Part shown: positions 49,625 to 60,580 of the stretch, piece after piece
Layout: each line of letters starts with the position of its first letter
How positions within the stretch are numbered: position 1 is the stretch's first letter
Assembly (NCBI GenBank): GCA_013239625.1
Contig: MU054323.1
Coordinates: forward strand, 2,480,001-2,544,000
Reading direction: 5' to 3'
Source of the DNA: Lama guanicoe
Taxonomy: Eukaryota
Length of the DNA stretch: 64,000 nt
Made by a program: the position numbers and the translations under genes
The notes under the pieces: model-generated
Database searches by the model: none
What the model was told of the DNA's origin: nothing
What the model saw: the letters and a program-made list of their open reading frames with translations, nothing else

Positions 49625-51754
49625 CTTTGTTGAGGTATAGTTGATTTTTAATATTAGTTTCAGGTGTACAACAAAGTGATTCAAAATTTTTATGGATTAT
49701 ATTCCATTTAAGATTGTTATAAAATGTTGGCTATATCCCCTGTGCTGTACAATACATCCTTGTAGCTTATTTATTTTATAGATAGTAGTTTGTACCTCTT
49801 AATCTCCGACCCCTATCTTGTCCTCCCACATTCCTCTCCCCATTGGTAATCACCAGTTTGTTCTCTGTATCTATGAGTCTGTTTCTGTTTTATTACATTC
49901 ATTTGTTTTATTTTTTAGATTCCACATGTAAGTGATAACATACAGTACTTTTTTTTCTCTGTTGGACTTATTTCATTTAGCATAATAACCTCTAGATATA
50001 TCCATGTTGTTGCAAATGGCAGAATTTCATTTTTTTTATAGTTGAGTAGTGTTGTATGTATGTCTACATATATCTTCTTTATCCATTCACCTGTCGATGG
50101 ACACTCAGGCTGTATCCATATCTTGGCTATTGGAAACAATACTGCAACAAACATTGGGGTCCATGTGTCTTTTTCAATGAGTGTTTTTGTTTTCTTTGTA
50201 TATATACTCAGAAGTGGAATTGCTGGATCATATTCTGGTTTTAGTTTTTTTGAGGAATCTCCATACTGTTTTCCATAGTGGCTGCACCAATTTATATTCC
50301 CATCAACAGTGCATAAAGGTTTCCTTTTCTTCACATTCTCACCAACATTTGTTATTTATGGTGGTTTTAGAGATAACCATTCTGATAGGTGTGAGGTGAT
50401 ATCTCATTGTGGTTTTGATTTGCATTTCTCTGATGATTAGCACTCTTGAGCATCTTTTCATGTGCCTGTTGGTCATCTGTATGCCTTCTTTGGAAAAATA
50501 TCTATTCAAGTCATCTCCCCATTTTTTAATTGGATTGTTGGATTTTTGATATTTAGTTGTATGAACTGTTTATATATTTTGGATATTACTCCCTTATAAA
50601 TCACAGAATTTACAAATATTTTCTCCTATTCAGTAAGTTTTCTTTTTGTTTTGTCAATGGTTTCCTTTGCTGTGAAGAAATTTTTAAGTATAATTGGGTC
50701 TCATTTGTTTATTTTTTCTTTTGTTTCCTTTGCTTTAGGAGATAGATCTAAAAAAAGAATTCCTATGATTTAAGTCAAAGAGTGTTTTGCTTTTGTTCTC
50801 TTCTAGGAGTTTTACAGTTTCTGGTCTTACATTTAGGTCTTTAATCCATTTTGATTTTATTGTATATGGTTTGGAAAATGCTCTAATTTCATTCTTTTAC
50901 ATATAACTGTCCAGTTTTCCCAGCAGCACATATAAAAGATACTGTCTTTTTCCCATTACATATTTTTGCCTCCTTTCTCATAGTTTATTTGACCATAAGT
51001 GTGTGGGTTTATGTCTGGGCTCTCTATTACGTTCCATTGATCTATGTGTCTGTTTTTGTGCCAGTACCATATTATTTTGATTACCTTAGTTTTGAAGTAT
51101 GGTCAGACATCAGGGAGCATGAAACTTCTAGCTCTATTCTTCTTTCTCAAGATTCCTTTGGACATCAAGAGTCTTTCGTGTTTTGATACAAATTTTAGAA
51201 TTGTTTGTTCTAGATCTGTGAAAAATTCCATTGGTATTTTGATAGGGTTTGCACTGAATCTGTAGATTGCCTTGGATAGTATTATCATCTAATTAATATT
51301 AATTCTTCAATCCATGAACACACTGTCTATATCTTTCCATCTGTTTGTGTTAATTTTAATTTTTTTTCACCAGGGTCTTACAGTTTTCCAAGCTCAGCTT
51401 TTTAGCTCCTTAGTTAGGTTTCTTCCTAGGTATCTTATTATTTTTGATGTAATGGTAAATGGAATTATTTTCTTAATTTCTCTTTTAGACAGTTAGTTAT
51501 AGAAATTTAACATATTTCTGTATATTAGTTTTACCCAATTTATTGATGAGCTCTAGGAGCTTTTGGGTGGCATCTGTAGGTTTTTCTATGTATAGTATTA
51601 CACCATCTGCACATAGTGACAGTGTTACTTTTTCCTTTACAAAATGGATTTACTTTATTCATTTTCTTATCTGAATTCCATGACTAAGACTTCCAATACT
51701 ATGTTGAATAAAATTGGCAAGAGTGAGCATCCTTGCCTTGCTCCTGATCTTAGA
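49625..51754 (-). mobile_element. 5'-truncated LINE-1, about 2.1 kb (artiodactyl L1_Art-like 3' UTR plus disrupted ORF2 C-terminus)
   Basis: ORF 49915..50334 (-) contains [13 protein letters not shown]...TPMFVAVLFPIAKIWIQPECPSTGEWIKK...NEILPFATTW; ORF 51103..51288 (-) contains [27 protein letters not shown]; both match L1 ORF2. TSD tattattgattaattt / tattattgattcactt. Confidence 0.97.
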
Positions 51755-51879
51755 TATTATTGATTCACTTTTGATTGCTAATTTTGCCACAATTTGTCAT
51801 TCGCTATTCATTATAAAATTTGCCGTCGCTGCTGCTGTTGTTGCTGTTGCTATTGTCTGGGTTTCTATTGTCCCTGGAT

Positions 51880-52850
51880 TTCAAGAGATGAATCCTCAGA
51901 ATAAAAATCATAACTGAGTCCCAGCGTAGTTAAAAGCATAAATCTAAACTGCACAATGCCAAAGGTTTAAAAATAAAAACTTCATAGGAGAGGAAAAAGA
52001 GATTACTACAAATAAATGACAGCAGACTTCACAGCAGCAGCAATGGATGTCAAAGGACAATGGAAAACTTACCTCAAAGTTCTGAGGGAATAGAACGCAA
52101 TCTATGATTCTAAACCAGCTCAACTATCATAGAAGAATGACAACAAAATAAAGACATTTTTAGAGTATTACCCATGGACCATGGCTGAAATAGACACCTA
52201 TCACAGTTTATATTTAAGCAAGAAGCAAATTGAGCCCACAGGGAAGCAGTGAGACACAAGAAGCAAAGGTGAGAAAAAATTAGAAAGTAATTCTCGCAAT
52301 ACATTAATGGTCAATGCATAGCATTGAATGCATTCACTATCTAAAATAAACAAATGTGAGTAAGAAAAATAAAAAACTATTCTACTAATGATAGTAGAAT
52401 GAAGAAAATAAGTGAACCATAAAATCTACAGATTAGAAGCAAAGAAAGAATTGATAATACAATATAGATGGTTCTTTGAAACTAACCAATTAATTGGATA
52501 AACTTTAAGAAAATTAGGCAGATATGACAAAACTAGAACTAAGATGGGGAGGGAAAAGACTAAATTATAAGGAATATTAAGTACATACATATATATTCTA
52601 ATGCATATGAAATCCTGATGAGCTAAAAACACTATTTAATAACTAAATAAACTCAACATGGAATAAAGTGCCTAAATGTAATATAACCAAGAAAAAACTT
52701 TTAAACTACTCCAAAATATGAAAACAATAATAACAAACTCTAAACTTGAATGTTTTTATTGGAAAAGTATTTCACATATTTAGAGAGAAAGATTATCTCT
52801 CATGCTCCATAAGTTATTCCAACAACACATTCCAACGTTTTATTCTAAAA
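51880..52850 (+). mobile_element. Ancient L1 remnant: ORF1 C-terminal part plus degraded ORF2 start
   Basis: 'gcagacttcacagcagcagcaatggatgtcaaaggacaatgg...ctcaaagttctgagggaa...ccagctcaactatca...aaataaagacattt' corresponds to ORF1 ADFS..TM.ARRQW..FKVL..PAKLS..IKTF; 'tggttctttgaaa' corresponds to ORF2 WFFE. Confidence 0.75.
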
Positions 52851-53649
52851 TATGAGTTTCTCTCCATCACACTTCATATGTTAGAAAGAGACCTTGAGGT
52901 CCTCTCAACTTGTGAGGAAATTCTTGCAGAGCAAAACAAAAGCCATGCCCAGGACCCAGGCTGGAAGACAACTCTCCTTTTCCAAGCAGATTTGGGAAAA
53001 CTAAACAGATTTTCACTGCTCCTGCTTCAATCTTGCTTTGTCCTTGAAAGGTGTTTTCCTGGTTTGATCCCTTTCCTCCACCCTCTGACAGTACTGCCAG
53101 GCCAGCCCAACTCTGAGAACATGCGAACAATCTTTCTTTTATAGGACCTCTATCCTTACAAGTGGGAGATAATGGAAGTTTTACCAGAATGATTATTCCA
53201 AACAAAATCTAGGCTTCTGGTTTAAACAAAAAAACAATTTCACATTTATCTCTGCTCCATCTTGAAAATATATCTAAACCCAAGAAAAAGTGCAGGATGA
53301 GGATAAGTGCATAAATAAACTGGTAATTGAGAAAAGAGGACATCACCAGACCAAAGATATTGTTCTCTTAGATTTTCCTTTATTTTCTTTGTACTGAAAA
53401 ATAACACAAACTCATTGTAACTGATGGAACAAAATGAGATAACCAGCCCCCTTTCTCCTCCTTAAATCTTTCTTATAAACTTAAGGCAGCCAACGTCAAC
53501 CTGTTGGGTATAATCCTTTCAGGATTATATACCTTTTAAATATAATTTGTTAGGTATAATCTTCATCCTTCATTATGGCTAAGGAAGACAAATATAGATT
53601 ATTTATTAACATATAAAAGGATTCGGAGTGGTCATTATGGTGTCTCTTA

Positions 53650-55185
53650 TTTTTATAAAAATATTTAAGATACTAGGCAACTTGCACCTTTCAGTAAACA
53701 ATGCATTATGGGCACCCTTTCAGGACTAAGGGATCTAACTCACTCTTTTGGATAGCTGCATAATATTCTATATGATAGGTATTATGTCATCTGTACAAGT
53801 GTAACTACCGATGGGTGTTCAATACATTTCCAATATTTTGCTACAAAAATAATGCTGCAATTATCCTCCTTAAATATGATGCTTCTATTTTTGTAGAAGA
53901 GACTGTCAAACTAGGATTGCTAAATCAAAAAGAAAGTGACTTTTTAATAGCCATTACCAGATTACTTTATAAAAAGTTACAGCAACTCACTTGCTGAACA
54001 TACAAAAGTGCCAGTTTCTCATAAACCTTACCACCACTGGGTATGACCACTTTAACTTCTGGCGTCTAATGAGTGAAAAATACTATCTTCGCTCCCATGT
54101 TCATCTGCCTTTCTCTGAATACTAGTGAGAGAGGGCATCGTTTAATACGAGTATGGTCTGCTTAGATTTCTCTTCTTTGACTTTCCTGTTCGCATCTGCC
54201 CATTCTTCTAAGTCTGTGTCCTTTCCTGATCTGTTGGTAAAACTTCAAGGATTGTGGGGATGTTAACTCTTCCCATCCAAGAGGTTGGGAAATCTTTCCT
54301 TTATCTATCATCTATCTCTTTCTAAGCATGTACATTCCTACACAAACTATATGCTATAATTATATATATATATATATATACTTAATGTATATATTATATT
54401 AATACCTGTTACATATGCGTGCACGTAATGTATACTGTCACCATATAACAGTTATTACATATATCCTTCATTATACATATTTAATCTATTGTAGTTAGAG
54501 ATATCTGCTATTGTTTTTACTTCTGAGTTTCTTTCATTGAATAATATTTCCCCTAGTTTTTCTAAGCATCCACTTGATTTCTGATATATTTAATCTACCT
54601 GACTATGGGTATGTATATGATGTGAAAGGCCTAGGTTTGCTTCAATATTGCCTGTGTATCAGAATCATTTCTTAAGTGAATATTCTTTATCCACTGAAAC
54701 AAAATACCATATTAACTTCTCATATTTACTTGGATCTATTTCCTAAAGGTTTTGATTCTGCTCCACTGATTCATTTTCCCGTATCTGAGTCAAGACCATA
54801 TTATTTTACTTACGGACGACTTTATTTTCAGTTTTAATATCTGGGAAGATATTCTTTATTGTAATTTCCCTAGCTATTTGTAGACACTGATTCTTCCATG
54901 CAACCTCGAGAAACATTTATTTAATTTTAAAAGTACATTATGGTTATAATTATTATTGTGTTATATTACACAGTCATTTGGGAAATTCTGGTATTTGATG
55001 CTATTATTTCTTCTTGTTTTCTTCATAGATTCCCTTATATCTTTTTTGGAAAAATGACTTCTATATAATTAGAATTTTTATTGATACTGTGAATATAATT
55101 TTCCCTCATTTCTAATTGGTTATTGCTATTATGTTAAAAAATCAATTTTGTGTATGTGCATTTTATTTAGGAATGTGCAAAGTTT
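53650..55185 (-). mobile_element. Ancient L1ME-type remnant with internal (TA)n tract (about 54345-54400)
   Basis: 'tttccaatattttgctacaaaaataatgctgcaat', 'ctaggattgctaaatcaaa', 'catatttacttggatctatttc...attctgctccactgat'. Confidence 0.7.
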
Positions 55186-55189
55186 AGAG

Positions 55190-55682
55190 CTTTTTTAAAT
55201 TGAGATATAATTCATACAATATAACATTTACCATTTTAAGATGTACAGATAATCCAGTGGTTTTTAGCATTTTTACCACATTGTGCAACCATCAATACTA
55301 CTTCCAGAATATTCCCATCATCCCAAAAGGAAACCCCATACCTTTTAGCTGTCAGAAAAATTCCCCCAAATCCTTCTTGACTGCTAATAGAACTCCCATC
55401 TCTGTGGATTTGCCTGTTCTGGACATTTTGTAGAAATGGACTCATATAATATATGGCCTTTTGTGACTGGATTCTTAGCATAGTGTTTTCAAGGTTTATC
55501 TGTGTATGTAATAATACACTTCAATCTTTTATTAGATTGAATATGATTTCAATTGTATGGATATTCCACAGTTTGTCTACTCATCAATTAATGGGCATTT
55601 GGGTATCTCCACCTTTGGCTAATTTGAATAATGCTTCTGTGAATATTCATGTCCAAGTTCTTATTTGGATAGATGTTTTCTT
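55190..55682 (-). mobile_element. LINE-1 3' fragment (L1MB-like) nested in older L1ME
   Basis: 'ttgagatataattcatacaatataacatttaccattttaag...gtgcaaccatca...ggatttgcctgttctggacattt...ggccttttgtgactgg'. Confidence 0.88.
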
Positions 55683-55689
55683 ATGATGG

Positions 55690-56000
55690 ACATAAGTGGC
55701 ACCTCTGTTTTATTTTTAATTTTATGGAAAATGACTTTGGCATTTCAGTATTTGTTATGTTATAACTAACTAGCTAAAAATATACTTTATATATATGTAT
55801 CTATAACCATTTATATATAATGTTATCTGTAACTAATCTTCATCCTTTATTCTTACTTAGAATTCTTATTTGGAATTTCTGCTTCTAGATTTTATAAATT
55901 ACTTTTCTGCACCTATAGTTATAATCACGTGCATTTTTCTTTTAATTTTTTGATATGAGGTATTATGTCAATAGACTTCCTGACATTGAACATCCCTACA
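55690..56000 (-). mobile_element. Continuation of the ancient L1ME remnant
   Basis: 'ttttctgcacctatagttataatcacgtgcatttttc...tattatgtcaatagacttcctgacattgaac'. Confidence 0.55.
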
Positions 56001-56489
56001 CTTTTTTAGATGAACATGACTTTGACATGATCCAAAATGTTTTTGATGCTTTTGTCTTTGTCCTCCTGAAGCTCATTAAAATCTGGACATTGATTAAAAT
56101 TACATCAACCTGAGAGCGTTTCTCTGATTCTCTCTCTCTCCCACTATCCTCTCTGGAGGACAGAGAGACAGCTGAAGCTGGAGGTTGCCAATTCCCCCAG
56201 GATGAGAGCAGGCCTGACTGGTCATCCCTCCTCAGGAATGACCCTGTTGGTCTGAGACCGGCTTTCATGAGTTGACTGGCACAGGCATTGCTGGCCCACA
56301 GGATGAAACTCTACTGTGTCTTTCACCCTCCCTTGCTCTCCACTGTCCTACAGACCTTCGCCTGACAGACACCTTTGCTGAAGTTACAGAAAAGGAGAAG
56401 CAAATAAAACCCCTTTAAGCACACACTTAAGAATTCTCAGGGAGAAGGATACGCATGTAGAAGAGACGACTTCTGTTGATGTTGAATAG

Positions 56490-56712
56490 ATGAGTTTGAA
56501 GAGAACTATGAAAATAATGAATACTATTAAAAGTAAGTCATTTAGAGACCAATAAAAGGCTTTCTAGAACCGAAAAAAAAACATATGATTTAAAAATTTT
56601 AATAGATAGACTGAAAACAGTACAGGCATACGTGAGTACCAATTTAGATCTGAAAGATCCAATAGAAGACTCGGTCACAATTCAGAGCAAACACTCAAAG
56701 AGATTGAAAACC
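56490..56712 (+). mobile_element. Ancient L1/HAL1 ORF1 remnant
   Basis: 'aaaattttaatagatagactgaaaacag...ccaatttagatctgaaagat...aaagagattgaaaa'. Confidence 0.45.
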
Positions 56713-56985
56713 TAACTCAGGTTCCTGATCCTCTGTATTACTGCTGCATGTAAAATTGAAGGAACTATGACTAAGAGTCACAACCCCATGTCATGTCTCA
56801 AAGGATGTCAAACCCCACGTAAGATTCTTGAGGTACATCCCAGTTTCAGATGTGTAATAAGGTATTCACAAATAAATTGTGTTAGTCACATATTTTATTT
56901 TAAAATTTCTTGATGTGATACAAAAGGACCAAAAATGAACAATGAAGTATGAGCTAGCAGTTTGTTGGTGGTGGTTTGTGTATGG

Positions 56986-56986
<1 letters not shown>

Positions 56987-57018
<32 letters not shown>
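56987..57018. repeat. (TG)16 microsatellite
   Basis: Seen directly. Confidence 0.97.
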
Positions 57019-57019
<1 letters not shown>

Positions 57020-57871
57020 TTTTGTGTTTTCCCCCTATTTTGGATTACTCTTATTTCGAGAAATGACAACTGTCTTTCCCAAAGATTGTTTAAGTACAAA
57101 CAGGATTTTCTGCCACTTCTTTGTTGTTTGTCATACAAAGGAGATGCTTTGGTATATTTTTTTGTGATTGAATTTTTAAGGGTGAATTTCCTTGAAAGTA
57201 AATATCTGACTCAAGGGAGTAAATAGTTCCATGCTGTAAGCAGGGTTAAAACACCATTTTCAAAAGCTCTGGCGATCATAGAGGTAGCAGCTTGGAGGTA
57301 AGGCTAACGGGATAAGCTAGGAATGCTTGGGGCAAACTCCCTGAGAAGCTCATGGTGGACTATGGCTTCAGGAGTTGGGGCAGAAGCTGCAGCAGTGACA
57401 CTGGGAGTCAGTCTTTTTGCTGCATCAAAGTGCATCCCACATCTCTCTAGGAAGGTTGTGAACAAACTAGGAAGGGACATACAAAGACCATGTGAAGAAA
57501 GCAGAGAAACTGAACCGGAAAACCAGGTCCAACCAAGAAGAATAAATAAGAAACCCAAGACTGGGTTTTCTGGCAACCCAAGTTTAAAGTGTGGCGTGGT
57601 GAATGGCATGGGTCTCATTATTATAAAGGAGCAAGCAGACCTCTGTTTTTCTTGGTAACTAACTATAAGCCAAATTTCTCAAAGGAGTCCTTCTACAGGG
57701 GGCAATGAACAGCAAGCATATCAACATGCAGAAATAAATTATTCAGGTGGTACTTCTGAAGAACTGGAATCACAGTCTTCCACCAAAGCTTTGAAGTTTC
57801 TTTTATTCCTGAGTCTTTAAAGAATATTAAATTTATAAGAGCTCCTTTCCCTCCTGGTTTGGAAATCAGGT

Positions 57872-58321
57872 TGTTTGGGGTTGAACTGTGTCCCTCCTCC
57901 ACAAATTCATATATGGAGATGCTAACACTTAAGACTTCAGAATGTGACCTTATTTGGAGATGACCTTTTACAGAGTTAATCAAGTTAAAATAAGGTCATT
58001 AGTGTGGGCCTTAATCCAATATGACAATGTCCTTATAAGGGGAAGAAGTTGGACAGGGAGAACATCCTGTGAAGGTAAAGTCAGAGATCAGGATGACGCT
58101 CCTATAAGCCAAGGAATGAATGCCAAAGATTGCCAGCAAAGCACCAGAAGTTACATAAGATGCCTGGAACAGATCCTCCCTGAGAACCCTCAGAAGGAAC
58201 CAAGCCTGCGGACACCTGGATCCGAGACCTCCACCTCCAGACCTGTTGGATGATAAGTTTCTGTTGTTCAAGCCACCCAGCTTGGGGTCCTTTGATAAGG
58301 CAGCCTGAGCAAACTGGTACA
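57872..58321 (+). mobile_element. MaLR solo LTR (MLT1B/C-like), near full length
   Basis: 'tgtttggggttgaactgtgtccc...cagaatgtgaccttatttggaga...aagccaaggaatg...cctcagaaggaaccaagcctgc...ttcaagccacccag...gcaaactggtaca'. Confidence 0.93.
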
Positions 58322-59175
58322 CACACCTGTTGTTGCATCTTTCTTCAGGACAAGGGATCCTCCAATTCAACCTCAACTGGTGGTGAACATTTCTGATCAA
58401 GGCCTGAAGAGAAGATTCTAGTGATCTAATTAAAAACAAAATCACTGCAAAAAGAATGCAGTCAGGATAATTCCAAGAACGGTCCATGACTGGGAGCACT
58501 TTCTCAGTCCCCAACTTGCCCAGCAACGATGTGGTCACATCAGACCTCATTCTCCCATAAAACGTTCACGTTTCTACAATAAAAAGTTCACATGTTTTCT
58601 TTGGTCTTGTCCTACTTTATACAGGTTCCCCTTTACGACAAGAGTCCAGAGACCAGAAAGAACTGGCCCAGGACCAAATGTAAATAAAACTTGAGATCTC
58701 TGTTGCTTACCTGGTCCCTAATTAGGAGTAGTGAAGCCCTGCGCCCTCGCCTTTGCCGGCACAGGTAACGCTGCGGCACGGTCCCAGCAACTCCTTTTAT
58801 GATTTGGCTGAATTCTGCCAAGTATTTGCTTGGTGTCACATTTATGAGCTTACTTAAGAATCTTTTGTGCAAACGTTTTGAAGGCTTACTTTATGGACTT
58901 GCTCCAGAACAAGATTCCTGGGGCTCACTGCACAGCACTTTCACGAGGACAAAAGGTAAGCTTTGCCTTCTGGTTATTTTCTCCCATCTTCTTCCTGCCC
59001 CTCCTCCTCCTGCCGAGATGTCTCCTTTCCTCCAGGGGTTCCTGCTCATCTAACAAGTCAGCTACTTACCCATAAGCGAAATTCTCTTGAGCGCCTTCCA
59101 CTGTCCTCCACTTTCTTGGGCATGGATTCTGATCTCTGTAGGGAGGCTTCCAGTTTTAGAACACCTATGAATGCT

Positions 59176-59238
59176 TGTGTGTGTGTGCGTGTGCATGTGT
59201 GCATATGTGTGTGTGCGTGTGCATGTGTGTGTGTGTGC
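59176..59238. repeat. Compound (TG/CG/CA)n alternating purine-pyrimidine tract
   Basis: Seen directly. Confidence 0.95.
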
Positions 59239-60484
59239 CTGAAGCAGAGCTACTTCCCTGACCACGAGTCCAAATATCTTAGCATTGCAAGCAAACTTCC
59301 AACTTGGAGGTCTGAACCAACCTCTCCTTCACCAATCTCTACCTCGATGAAAATTTTCCTCCACAGTACCTTTGCCGGCCAGTCATATAGTTCTGATTAA
59401 ATTCTTCCAGTAGCAAAGTGATCTCTGCCTCTCACATAGCCCATGCAATTCCACAAAGTTCTCATTGTCGAAAGTTCCTTCATCTTCAAAATGAAACTTC
59501 TTTCTTGGCTCCATCCACTGTATCTCTTCTAGATGCTCTCGCCCACGTGGGCACACACTTACAACTAAGTGAAACAGAGGGCTGGTAATAATTCAGATAC
59601 TGAACACTTAAGTGATTCTTAGCCATTCAGACAGAAAACAGTCCTGATTCTTTTCTCAGATGCACAGGCCAGCTGGGTCAAAGCATCCTCAAGATCTATA
59701 GAATGCTGGCAGGATTACATCTTCTCCATTACTCTCCAGATTATTATAAAACTCCTCAGGCACAGGGCTGGGCTGGACTGGGCTAGGCAGCTTCTACAAG
59801 TACTATGGCCGCAAATGGCAGTGTCAGAGGACACAAAGAGTCTATCATCTTCATGATACAAAATATAAACACACCTGTAGATCCAGAAGTTCTAGAGATG
59901 ATGTCCACTTGTGAGGTTCTGGAAGCCAGAAGTCAGAATCAGCAGAAATGAAGACACGCCACACAGGAAGAGGGAAAATCAGCAAAGAAGGCTGACTCCT
60001 GTGTCAGTCCGGGGAGTGACAGGGGAAAGGGTCCTTCAGAGACTGGCTTTTTGGTACATCGGGGGCATTTCTGCTTTCTCATGTCATCTATTGACTATAA
60101 ATATTATTGCACTCTGTTTTCAGTTATTTAAACTTAGACTCCCATTACATTCTGAGTGAGTTCCCCAGAAGAGGTGTCTGTTCCTTAAACATGTCAGAAG
60201 TGGCAAGGTGGGCTAGAGAGGAGCCGTGGGTGGGGCTGTGACATCAAAGGTAGTGCTTTGTGATACCAAGTGCAGAGGAACTGTTGGACCGGTCTGCTGA
60301 CCCAGGGAGGGCTTCCACAGACATGGGCCTGGAGTCTGAGGATGCCCTGCAGAACGCTGGCTATCTCGGAAGCGTCTCTGTTTTATACACTTCCATCACT
60401 TTGCAAAGTGTCTCCCTTGAACTTTAACAGAATCACTTTATTTGAAAATCTCAGGAGAAGACAATATCGGGGGTCCTAAGCTTC

Positions 60485-60580
60485 TTGATAGATGAGAGAA
60501 TTGAGAAATTAAGCCATTTCTTCCAAGCCACATGGGGAGTTAACAGCAGAAGGAAGAATTTAACTCCTAATCCTGTCTCT
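60485..60580 (-). mobile_element. MIR remnant
   Basis: 'atagatgagagaattgag..attaagccatttcttccaagccacatgg..gttaacagcagaa'. Confidence 0.55.

Noticed and set aside
49915..50334. 139-aa ORF with clear protein homology
   Set aside because: It is the C-terminus of L1 ORF2 in a truncated, disrupted copy, not a host gene.
58011..58550. 179-aa ORF on the minus strand
   Set aside because: Largely an antisense reading of the MLT1B/C LTR.
59764..59787. GGGCT pentamers resembling immunoglobulin switch repeats or a G-quadruplex
   Set aside because: Only four degenerate units, whereas switch regions span kilobases. No Ig exons are visible.
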